Of a stretch of DNA of 64,000 bases, positions 9,201 through 17,221 are shown piece by piece. The notes below the pieces were generated by a model. The model was not told the DNA's origin. It made no database searches and worked only from the letters and a program-made list of their open reading frames with translations. The position numbers and the translations under genes were made by a program. The stretch comes from Selenomonadaceae bacterium. GTDB lineage: Bacteria > Bacillota > Negativicutes > Selenomonadales > Selenomonadaceae. The stretch is taken from contig JAFYNH010000018.1 in NCBI GenBank assembly GCA_017549815.1, positions 586 to 64,585 of the forward strand. Reading direction: 5' to 3'. The number at the start of each line of letters is the position of its first letter. Within the stretch, counting starts at the first letter, position 1.

Positions 9201-12200
9201 ATCAATCATGGCTCGAACGTCAGCATAAACGCGGGCGATGGATATGACGCTATCGACAGCAATGGCAAAAATGTCACCATAGAAGGCGGCAAAGGTATCG
9301 ATTTAATCAGTCTTGGCTCCGACGCGGCGAACAATTTAATCGTCTACACGGAAGGCGACGGCGAAGATTCAATCGTCGGTTTCAATGAGACTTCGACACT
9401 GCAAATAGGCGACGGCAATGGTAATTACTGGGATTCAATAGTCGGTAATGACAGAGTAGTCTCGGTTGGCAGTGGCGTTATTACTGTCGAAGGCGCGGCG
9501 AGCTTTGAAAATTTCAATATTAAGGGCGTCAAGAAAAATCCGCTGGACATTATCGGAACGGAAGGCGCAGAATCCATTGAAAATAATTTGGCGAGCGCGA
9601 CGATTAAGGCTCTCGGCGGCGATGACACCATTAAAAATTCTGGTGACAAAGTTACGATAAATGCAGGCGCAGGCAACAATTTCGTAAACAATACCGGCAA
9701 TTACACGACGATTCTTGGTGGCGACGATTCCGATACGATTTTAAATATGGGAATTAATGCTAGTATTGACGGCGGCGCGGGCGCGGATTCACTCTTAAAT
9801 GGCGGCTCCGACACTACGATATTCGGCGGCGCGGGCACCGATGTAATTGAAAATATTGGCGACTTTACAACGATATTTGGCGGTGACGATGCCGATACAG
9901 TTATTAGCGAAGGCTTTAATATCAATATCGACGGTGGCGCAGGTAACGATTCACTCTTAAATATTGGCTCTTACACTACGATAAACGGCGACGAGGGCGA
10001 AGACAAAATTTATAATTTTAATGAGAATGTCAATATCGACGGTGGCGAAGATAATGATTATCTCTACAACGAAAGCAAGAATGTCAGCATAAATGGCGGA
10101 GACGGCGACGATTATATTCAAAACTTTGTTCAAGGCGACTATGACGAGAACGACAATATGGTTAGTATCGTGGCGACGCCTGACAATGTCACGATAGACG
10201 GCGGCGCAGGTGCTAATTACTTAGAAAATTACGGCGCAAGTGTCGTGATAAACGGCGGCGAGAGTAGCGATACCATTTACAATGCGATTTTCTTCCTTGA
10301 TGAAAATAATAATTCAACGCCCGACAACGTAACGATTAATAGCGGTGCAGGTGATGATTCGATTGTCAACTGGGGCGCGAACGTCAGCATAAACGCAGGC
10401 GCAGGCGTTGACTACGTTGATAATTGCAGTTCTTCGGTTGCGATAGACGGCGGCGACGATAACGATGTCATTAACAACTTAGCACAGGCTGACGAAGACG
10501 GAAATATCTTAGCGACGCCCGACAATGTCACGATTAACGGCGGCGCGGGCGATGACACGATTTATAACAAATATGGCGCGAAGGTCAGCATAAATGGCGG
10601 CGCAGGCGACGATGAAATCAGTCTTTACAGCGTCGACGATGTTACGATAAACACCGCGCAGGGCAACGATACTATCAAGCTTGGCGAGGCAGTCAGTTCG
10701 TTGACGGTTGAAGATTTCGGCACGGGCGACGCGATTGAACTTGCGGCGGCGGCTACTCTCGAAGCAATTAATGGCGGCATTAAAGCTGGCAATATTTCAA
10801 TCGGCGGACTCAGCTTGGCGAGCGTCGGCAATGAATGGTCTTCTGTTGATGACGGCGTTGTTTATCAAGCTGTTACGATTGCTGGCGCGAAGGTCAACGA
10901 TAAAACGATCACCTTTGACGCGGCAAGTGGCAGAGAGACAATCTTTACGTTGACGGGTGTTGAGATTACCGACGGCATAACGATTGACACGAATGCCAAG
11001 AAAGTTACGTTGACAGAGGCTAACCTCAATAAAGCAAATATGACGGTTGACGGCGGTTATACTCTCGCGCTCGATAAAGATTATGCGTCCAAACAAACGA
11101 AGGCGGCAGGTTTCGACGGCTCCGCTTATAAGGCGGCGACAATGAGCGACGGTTACACTGCGGCAGGCAACACGATAACTTATACGCCTGTAAGCGGTGG
11201 CGAAACTTTATTCACACTCACTAACGTGGCAACCACCGAAGGAATCACTGTTGATACCGCTAATAAGAAAGTTACGTTGACAGAGGCTAACCTTAACGGC
11301 AAAACTATCACAGTCGACGGCGGCTATACTCTCGCACTCGATAAAGATTATGCGGCTAAACAAACTAAGGCGGCGGGTTTCGACGGCAACGCTTATAAGG
11401 CGGCAACAATGAGCGACGGTTACACTGCGTCGGGCAACACGATAACTTATACGCCTGTAAGCGGTGGCGAAACTTTATTCACACTCACCAACGTGGCAAC
11501 CACCGAAGGAATCACTGTTGACACCGCTAACAAGAAAGTCACTTTGATAGAGGCTAACCTTAACGGCAAAACTATCACAGTCGACGGCGGATATACTCTC
11601 GCGCTCGATAAAGATTATGCGTCTAAGCAGACAAAGGCGGCAGGTTTCGACGGTTCCGCTTATAAGACGGCACAACTCAGCGACGGTTACACCGCTTCGG
11701 GCAACACGATAACTTATGTGGCGGCAATCGGCGGCGCAACTTTATTCACACTCACCAACGTGGCAACCACCGAAGGAATCACTGTTGACACCGCTAACAA
11801 GACAGTTACTTTGACAGAGGCTAACCTCAATAAAGCAAATGTGACGGTTGACGGCGATTATACTCTCGCGCTCGATAAAGATTATGCGTCTAAGCAGACA
11901 AAGGCGGCAGGTTTCGACGGCTCCTCTTATAAGACAGCGACAATGAGCGACGGTTACACTGCGGCAGGCAACACAATAAATTATGTTGCGGCAAGTGGCG
12001 GCGATACTTTATTCACACTCACCAACGTGGCAACCACCGAAGGAATCACTGTTGATACCGCTAACAAGAAAGTTACTTTGACAGAGGCTAACCTTAACAA
12101 GCAAACTGTCACAGTCGACGGCGGTTATACTCTAGCTCTCGATAAAGATTATGCGTCTAAGCAGACAAAGGCGGCAGGTTTCGACGGTTCCTCTTATAAG

Positions 12201-15017
12201 ACGGCAACAATGAGCGACGGCTACACCGTTTCAGGCAACACAATAACTTATGTGGCGGCAATCGGCGGCGCAACTTTATTCACACTCACCAACGTGGCAA
12301 CCACCGAAGGAATCACTGTTGACACCGCTAATAAGAAAGTCACTTTGACAGCGGCTAACCTTAACAAGCAAAATGTGACAGTTGACGGTGGTTATACGTT
12401 GGCACTCGATAAAGATTATGCGTCCAAGCAGACAAAGGCGGCAGGGTTCGACGGCAACGCTTATAAGGCGGCAACAATGAGCGACGGCTACACCGTTTCA
12501 GGAAACACGATAACTTACACGGCGGCAAGTGGCGGCGATACTCTCTTTACCTTAAAGAACGCCATAATCACCGATGCTATCACTGTCGACACAGCTAAGA
12601 AGACTGTCACACTGTCCGCTAATAATCTTAACGGCAAAGACGTAACGATTACGGGCGACTACAAATTGAATCTCGCTAAAGACGTTCCGACCGCAACCGT
12701 CAAAACTAACGGCTCCTTTACCAAATTCACTGACGGCACCGCTACTTATAAGACGGCTTCCTATTCCGATTACTACACCCTTAAAAATAATAAAATTACC
12801 TACACGGCGGCAACTAGTAGCAAAGCAATTACAATCGCGGGACTCAACGCAAAAACGAAACTCGCCACGATTAAATCAAACATTGACATCGCCGAGCAAA
12901 ATGACGGCTCTTTAAAAATCACGTTTAACAATGCAAATGTCCTTACCACTAAAGCTCCGACAGTCACGGCAGATAAGGGCGTCAGCTATACTCTCGCAGT
13001 CGCCGACAGCCTCAAACCTTCCGAACTCGCGCCCGATTGGAAAGTCAGTGGCACTAATGCAAGCTTGAAAACCGATACAAGCGCGGGTTACACGGTCTCG
13101 AAAAATAAAATCGTCTACAGCGCGAATAAAACCGGCGCGGCACAAATGGAACTTAGCGGCTTGGTTAAAAATGCCAAACTGGATGCGCCCGCTAAAAAAG
13201 TCGTCACGCTCGATACGGCAATTCTTGGTACAAATGCCGCCCTTAAATCCAATGCGGGAAATTATTCCGTCAAACTTACGGGCAACATGAGCGGCAAAAA
13301 ATTCACAAGTACGGCTAATGACGATACCCTCAATATCGCGGCGAACAATGCGGCTGTAATAGGCGGCGCGGGTAATGATAAAATCACAGTCAGCGGCGCG
13401 AAAGTTACCGTCACGGGTGGCGCAGGTAACGACATTTACACTTTGAGCGGTAAAAACTCCGTCCTGATTTACAATTCGGGCGACGGCAAAGACTCAATCA
13501 AAGGCTTTAGTACGACAAGCACCCTCGACATTGCGGGCAGTTCCTATTCGACTAAAAAGAGCGGTAGCGATATTGTTGTTACAGTCGGCAAAGACAAGGT
13601 AACATTGGTCGGCGCGGCAAGCTTGTCGAAGGTTAATATCAAGGGCACATTGAGCGGGACTATCTTGACTGTCACTGATAAGACGAAATCGCCTGTAACT
13701 GTTGGCTCGGCTATCAAAACTATTGACGCCTCTGAGCGCACGACTGCCGTTAAAATTACTGGCAACAAGCAAGATAATTCAATTATCGGCGGCAAAGCAA
13801 ATGATACGCTCAACGGCGCGGGCGGTAATGATACGCTTACGGGTGGCGACGGCAAAGACATTTTCGTTTTCGGCGCAGGTAACGACGTTATTACTGATTA
13901 TGCGACGGGCGATAAAATTTCTCTTACGGCGGCAATTACAAAGGCAACAGTCAGCGACTCCAACGTTGTCTTTGCGATTGGTGAGAATTCTCTTACCGTT
14001 AAGAACGCCAAAGGTAAATCGCTCAGCTTGATTGATTCGACGGGCACGAGTTTTTCAACGATAGTTAGCGGCTCGACGACCTTAACCGTTACTGATAAGA
14101 CTAAATCGCCCGTGACTGTTGGTTCCGCGATTAAGACAATCGACGCCTCAAAACGTACAAAAGCTGTAAAAATTACGGGCAACGCGCTGAATAATACGAT
14201 TATGGGTGGTGCGAAGAACGATAGCATTTATGGCGGCGAAGGCAACGATTCGATACTCGGTAGCAAGGGCAATGACATATTGTCAGGCGACGCAGGCAAC
14301 GATAAACTCTTCGGCAACGAGGGCAACGACTCCATTTGGGGCGGCGCAGGTAATGATTCCATTTCGGGCTTTAGCGGCAACGATAAACTTTATGGCGACG
14401 CAGGAGATGATTCGATACTCGGAGGCGCAGGAGCTGATACCTTATCGGGCGGCAAAGGCGACGATAAACTTTACGGCGGCTCGGATAATGATTCACTGAG
14501 CGGCGGAGCTGGTAACGACACTTTGTTGGGCGAAGCTGGCAATGATAAACTTTACGGCAACGAAGGCAACGATTCCATTTTGGGCGGCAAAGGTAACGAT
14601 ACTTTGTCTGGTTACAGCGGCAACGATAAACTTTACGGCGGCGACGGCAATGACTCAATACTTGGCGGCGCAGGTAAGGATTATTTAAGCGGCGACGCAG
14701 GTGCTGATAAACTTTATGGCGGCGCGGGTAATGATTCGCTTATCGGCGGCAAAGGTAATGATAGCCTCTGGGGCGACGCGGGTAAAGATACTTTCATCTA
14801 TGCGAGCGGCGACGGACAAGATATTATTTACGGCTTTGACGACGACGACATGTTGAAGATAACGGGCGATTTCACGGCGTCTTACAGCAAGTCGAAGAAA
14901 GAAATTGCGTTCACGGTCGGCAAGACGGAAAGCGCGATTACACTGAAAGATTTCACAGCGACAAGTTTCAATATCAACGGTAAGAATTACAAAATCAGCG
15001 GCAAAACTCTTAAATAA
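6225..15017 (+). CDS. Giant (2930 aa) secreted-type repeat protein. Most of it is RTX-like beta-roll, with seven 89-aa tandem domains and a C-terminal block of classical GGxGxD nonapeptides. It looks like a T1SS-substrate/adhesin.
   Basis: A single uninterrupted ORF. There is no N-terminal signal peptide (MTNTNHTDNMVING). Hundreds of residues follow the pattern NVTINGGAGxDxI(xN). The C-terminal run reads GGEGNDSILGSKGNDILSGDAGNDKLFGNEGNDSIWGGAGND... Antisense ORFs listed in the track are repeat artefacts. Confidence 0.9.
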   Translation: MTNTNHTDNMVINGSAEADNVSNDASNVTINAEDGADIISLGGGSNISINLGDGADTIIVDKAVKSFTVADFSSVDVIQFAESVSVENNGTSGIIATFADGNKVTIGGLSVAGISDYATWVINNNVASYGQAYLAGNQLSDDGTKIAYGNDKILAAQVEISGVKSAPTIDENYLINLTTENLSGDVSVVSNIGYGFLLEEDISGKKFTGTDDGNYVENYASNMTINGGASSDQIANAGVNVVINAGAGDDEVVNYGDAAIIDGGDDADIVQNVGSNVTINGGSGNDTLYNEGENASIVGGVGDDSVINYGDAAIIDGGAGNDKIYNGDTNYLGGNSVTVDGGAGSDYVFNRGSNVVINTGADADKVVNYTSNVTISGGDGGDSIYNGDTNYLGGNSVTVDGGAGIDYVFNRGSNVAINTGADADEVINYSANVNVDLGDGADIIQNAGANVTINGGSGNDTLYNLGANASIVGGIGDDSILSYGANSTINGGSGADTIAVDIAVQSLTVEDFSADDVIQLVKFNEETKVYDTLAATLSKDGENLIATAGGQSVTIKGVSLFEDKSAWTFNDNVATYTREILAGATLDAEGNIVYRAGLSSTELVKLSGVNGSPIISEDGMINLTADNLSGDVAVVSNAGGYAFNLSEDISGKSFTGFDGADIVENYGASMTINGGAGTDHIINWGNSAIIDGGDDNDIIQNAGANVSINAGDGIDIIDNYGTNVTINADKGLNTVINYSDNVTINSGAGDDSIVNHGASTIIDAGAGNDTITNLIFVHKDTPFKPDKTTIIGGLGDDLIQNEGAESTLTGGEGNDTIANKAANVSIDGGAGLNVIANSGASTTIDAGDDDDTIWNESGAKVIIDAGTGDNYIYNKGDESTLKSGDGNDKIDNWGANVSIDAVAGFNIIQNDGNNVTINGGAGTDSINNYKSNVTINSNAGSDTISNFASSVAINMGDGNDRIFNYFTTVGGGEIEKTPDNVTIDGGAGTDIIINHGSNVSINAGDGYDAIDSNGKNVTIEGGKGIDLISLGSDAANNLIVYTEGDGEDSIVGFNETSTLQIGDGNGNYWDSIVGNDRVVSVGSGVITVEGAASFENFNIKGVKKNPLDIIGTEGAESIENNLASATIKALGGDDTIKNSGDKVTINAGAGNNFVNNTGNYTTILGGDDSDTILNMGINASIDGGAGADSLLNGGSDTTIFGGAGTDVIENIGDFTTIFGGDDADTVISEGFNINIDGGAGNDSLLNIGSYTTINGDEGEDKIYNFNENVNIDGGEDNDYLYNESKNVSINGGDGDDYIQNFVQGDYDENDNMVSIVATPDNVTIDGGAGANYLENYGASVVINGGESSDTIYNAIFFLDENNNSTPDNVTINSGAGDDSIVNWGANVSINAGAGVDYVDNCSSSVAIDGGDDNDVINNLAQADEDGNILATPDNVTINGGAGDDTIYNKYGAKVSINGGAGDDEISLYSVDDVTINTAQGNDTIKLGEAVSSLTVEDFGTGDAIELAAAATLEAINGGIKAGNISIGGLSLASVGNEWSSVDDGVVYQAVTIAGAKVNDKTITFDAASGRETIFTLTGVEITDGITIDTNAKKVTLTEANLNKANMTVDGGYTLALDKDYASKQTKAAGFDGSAYKAATMSDGYTAAGNTITYTPVSGGETLFTLTNVATTEGITVDTANKKVTLTEANLNGKTITVDGGYTLALDKDYAAKQTKAAGFDGNAYKAATMSDGYTASGNTITYTPVSGGETLFTLTNVATTEGITVDTANKKVTLIEANLNGKTITVDGGYTLALDKDYASKQTKAAGFDGSAYKTAQLSDGYTASGNTITYVAAIGGATLFTLTNVATTEGITVDTANKTVTLTEANLNKANVTVDGDYTLALDKDYASKQTKAAGFDGSSYKTATMSDGYTAAGNTINYVAASGGDTLFTLTNVATTEGITVDTANKKVTLTEANLNKQTVTVDGGYTLALDKDYASKQTKAAGFDGSSYKTATMSDGYTVSGNTITYVAAIGGATLFTLTNVATTEGITVDTANKKVTLTAANLNKQNVTVDGGYTLALDKDYASKQTKAAGFDGNAYKAATMSDGYTVSGNTITYTAASGGDTLFTLKNAIITDAITVDTAKKTVTLSANNLNGKDVTITGDYKLNLAKDVPTATVKTNGSFTKFTDGTATYKTASYSDYYTLKNNKITYTAATSSKAITIAGLNAKTKLATIKSNIDIAEQNDGSLKITFNNANVLTTKAPTVTADKGVSYTLAVADSLKPSELAPDWKVSGTNASLKTDTSAGYTVSKNKIVYSANKTGAAQMELSGLVKNAKLDAPAKKVVTLDTAILGTNAALKSNAGNYSVKLTGNMSGKKFTSTANDDTLNIAANNAAVIGGAGNDKITVSGAKVTVTGGAGNDIYTLSGKNSVLIYNSGDGKDSIKGFSTTSTLDIAGSSYSTKKSGSDIVVTVGKDKVTLVGAASLSKVNIKGTLSGTILTVTDKTKSPVTVGSAIKTIDASERTTAVKITGNKQDNSIIGGKANDTLNGAGGNDTLTGGDGKDIFVFGAGNDVITDYATGDKISLTAAITKATVSDSNVVFAIGENSLTVKNAKGKSLSLIDSTGTSFSTIVSGSTTLTVTDKTKSPVTVGSAIKTIDASKRTKAVKITGNALNNTIMGGAKNDSIYGGEGNDSILGSKGNDILSGDAGNDKLFGNEGNDSIWGGAGNDSISGFSGNDKLYGDAGDDSILGGAGADTLSGGKGDDKLYGGSDNDSLSGGAGNDTLLGEAGNDKLYGNEGNDSILGGKGNDTLSGYSGNDKLYGGDGNDSILGGAGKDYLSGDAGADKLYGGAGNDSLIGGKGNDSLWGDAGKDTFIYASGDGQDIIYGFDDDDMLKITGDFTASYSKSKKEIAFTVGKTESAITLKDFTATSFNINGKNYKISGKTLK
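10935..12803 (+). repeat. Seven tandem 267-bp (89-aa) coding repeats. The five central copies are near-identical at DNA level.
   Basis: The marker AACGTGGCAACCACCGAAGG recurs at 11223, 11490, 11757, 12024 and 12291, exactly 267 nt apart. The unit is TLFTLTNVATTEGITVDTANKKVTLTEANLN..VTVDGGYTLALDKDYASKQTKAAGFDG.AYK.ATMSDGYT..GNTITY...SGG. The first and last copies are divergent. Confidence 0.9.
14205..14800 (+). repeat. About 20 consecutive RTX nonapeptide (GGxGxDxLx) calcium-binding repeats
   Basis: The translation is a continuous G-(x)-G-N/D-D-x-L/I-x-G periodicity from GGAKNDSIYGGEGNDSILG to GDAGKDTFIY. Confidence 0.85.
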
Positions 15018-15040
15018 AAATTCCGCTAGACAATAAAAAA

Positions 15041-15079
15041 AGCGGTTGCTCCTTAATTGGAGTGACCGCTTTTCGTTTT
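15041..15079 (+). terminator. Rho-independent terminator of the giant gene
   Basis: AGCGGT...ACCGCT stem (with an inner CTCC/GGAG pairing) followed by TTTTCGTTTT, 24 nt after the stop. Confidence 0.7.
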
Positions 15080-15119
15080 GATGACTGATGATTTTGTCTA
15101 AATTTGAATTAAGCAATGC

Positions 15120-15148
15120 TTGACATGAAATAATTTTTTGCATAATAT
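15120..15148 (+). promoter_or_regulatory. sigma70-type promoter for the GT61 gene
   Basis: TTGACA (15120-15125), 17-nt spacer, TAATAT (15143-15148). GGAGG lies 9 nt before the ATG at 15182. Confidence 0.55.
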
Positions 15149-15181
15149 CAGTTGAAATTTTTAACGTGGAGGAATTTGTCT

Positions 15182-17221
15182 ATGGCAGAAGATTTACCAA
15201 AAAGATTTTATGTTGAGGACGTCGAGGCATGGAAAAATGATTTGGCTAAGAAAAAATTCTCGGACAGAAAGCTCGAAGTCAAAACTATTGAACACGGAAT
15301 CATTTTGCCGATGCGCAAAGCCAAAGGCACTTATGAAGGCGGCGTCTGTGACAAAGATTTTAATTTCATTGCAGGTTTTACGCGGACATCACCACCTAAA
15401 AAAACAATGGGCGGATTAAAATGGTGTTGTGTTGAAACTGGCTACACCGTCAACCGCGAAGAAATTATTCAGCTTGATGAGGACGTAATTTATGGCGGCG
15501 CATTCATTGGGCACTTCGGTCACTTTTTTACAGAGTTTTTATGCCGTTTGTGGTATGTCGTACAAAATCCCGACTCAAAATTGAAAGTATTATTTATCGT
15601 AAATAATGAGGTTTGCAAATCTTGGCTAGAAACATTCCTTAAATTTATGGGAATTGATTTGGCGCGAATCATTTACGTCCAAAAACCGACACAGTGCCGC
15701 TCAGTTAAGGTGCCAGATCAATCACAATATTTTTATAATGATTTTACAAAAGAACATGTACTTCCGTATCAAGCTATGAAATTGCGAGTGACACCTAGCA
15801 AAACCAAAAAAATCTATTTGACACGTGCGAATTTCGATGCAACAAGAAGTAATCCATTAGGAGTGCATTGCTTTAACGAAAAATACTTTGAAGATTTTTT
15901 CGCCAAGCACGGTTTTGAGGTAATTGTGCCGGAAAAATTAAGTCTCGAAGAACAAATATCTCTTATAATGGGCGCAGACGAAATCGCGACTACATTGGGA
16001 ACTTTGGCGCATTGGTCAATATTCAAAAAGCCAAGCGCAAAATTTATTATGCTTAGCCGAACAAAAAATACCTTATTAACTGCTCAGACTTTTATTCTTG
16101 AAGCGTTTCATATTGATAATTATTATATCGTCGATGGCTGTCGAGATTTCATGTATTCAAACCATGACATAGGTGTATGTATACTTGGCTCAAATAAACA
16201 TTGGAAAGAATTTGTGACAGATTATTTCGACGAACAGATAGAAGAAGATGACGACATTGAGTATCTTGGAGATTCATTAGATAAATATGTAGACTCTTGG
16301 TATCAAAGATACGCTGATCAAAAAGAAAAAGTAATAAGCTCGTTAAAGGATATGTGTCGGCGCATTGTTAATCTGGAGAGGGAATTAATAAAAAAACGTC
16401 CGTTGCTTACCTATCAAACACATATTGACAGATCTGGTTGGGACTCGTGGAGAAGTGAAAATCAAATTAGCAATGACGTTACGCAACAGCTGGACATTCA
16501 AGCGATTAAGATTAATTTTCCAGAGCACAAGGTTTATTATTCGGTCTACTACAACGACAAAGAAGGCTGGTCGGCGGAAATCTTAGCCCCAGAGATAGCA
16601 GGTACTACCGGACAAGCAAAATCGATTACAGGAATAAAAATTCGGCTCGACGAGACGAGCGCAAAGGAATTTGATATTCTTTATCGCGTTCACAAATTCA
16701 ACGGCGAATGGACTGACTGGGTTAAAAACGGCGGAGAACTTTATTCTAACGGCGTCAAACTCAACGCCATTCAAATTAAATTGGAAAACAAGATTAATCG
16801 TTCGTCGCTCAGCTATCAGACACATGTTGCCAAAGACGGCTGGGGCTCGTGGATAGACGAAAATCAAATCAGCAATGATATTGCGCAACGATTCGATATT
16901 CAAGCGATTAAAATAAATTTTCCAGAACACAACGTTTATTACTCGGTTTATTATAACGAAAAAGAAGGCTGGTCTAAAGAAGTCTCTAATTCCGAGATGG
17001 CAGGTACGACCGGTAAACGTAAACCGATTACGGGCTTAAAAATTCGGCTCGACGAAGCGGGAACAAAGGAATTCGATATTCTCTACCGCGTACATAAATT
17101 TGACGGTGAATGGACAGCTTGGGCTAAAAATGGCGAGGAGCTAATTACTCACGAAAAATTAAATTCGCTTCAGATAAAGTTAAATCCTAAATCCGAAGAA
17201 TCTCATTCATCTCTGAAATAA
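15182..17221 (+). CDS. Glycosyltransferase family 61 (DUF563) domain fused to six ChW (clostridial hydrophobic-W) repeats
   Basis: N-terminal half: GHFGHFFTEFLCRLWY and YLTR..(N)..FEVIVPEKLSLEEQISLIMGADEIATTLGTLAHWSIF (GT61/DUF563 signature). C-terminal half: two ~125-aa modules, each of three ChW-like units (YQTHIDRSGWDSW...IQAIKINF, YSVYYNDKEGWS..AGTTGQAKSITGIKIRL, YRVHKFNGEWTDW...LNAIQIKL). Start moved to the ATG at 15182. Confidence 0.75.
   Translation: MAEDLPKRFYVEDVEAWKNDLAKKKFSDRKLEVKTIEHGIILPMRKAKGTYEGGVCDKDFNFIAGFTRTSPPKKTMGGLKWCCVETGYTVNREEIIQLDEDVIYGGAFIGHFGHFFTEFLCRLWYVVQNPDSKLKVLFIVNNEVCKSWLETFLKFMGIDLARIIYVQKPTQCRSVKVPDQSQYFYNDFTKEHVLPYQAMKLRVTPSKTKKIYLTRANFDATRSNPLGVHCFNEKYFEDFFAKHGFEVIVPEKLSLEEQISLIMGADEIATTLGTLAHWSIFKKPSAKFIMLSRTKNTLLTAQTFILEAFHIDNYYIVDGCRDFMYSNHDIGVCILGSNKHWKEFVTDYFDEQIEEDDDIEYLGDSLDKYVDSWYQRYADQKEKVISSLKDMCRRIVNLERELIKKRPLLTYQTHIDRSGWDSWRSENQISNDVTQQLDIQAIKINFPEHKVYYSVYYNDKEGWSAEILAPEIAGTTGQAKSITGIKIRLDETSAKEFDILYRVHKFNGEWTDWVKNGGELYSNGVKLNAIQIKLENKINRSSLSYQTHVAKDGWGSWIDENQISNDIAQRFDIQAIKINFPEHNVYYSVYYNEKEGWSKEVSNSEMAGTTGKRKPITGLKIRLDEAGTKEFDILYRVHKFDGEWTAWAKNGEELITHEKLNSLQIKLNPKSEESHSSLK

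Noticed and set aside
10935-12803. Regular repeats as a possible CRISPR array
   Set aside because: The period is 267 bp with no unique spacers, and the repeats are in-frame coding sequence of the giant protein. No short repeat-spacer array exists anywhere in the window.
6159-14658. Numerous 60-150-aa minus-strand and off-frame ORFs inside the giant gene (e.g. 6159..6617, 8031..8492, 10797..11096, 13544..13861, 14371..14658)
   Set aside because: These are by-products of the GGNGAYGAY-type repeat composition. Their translations are N/V/I/A/R- or C/R-rich nonsense, and they all sit inside one uninterrupted 8.8-kb ORF.
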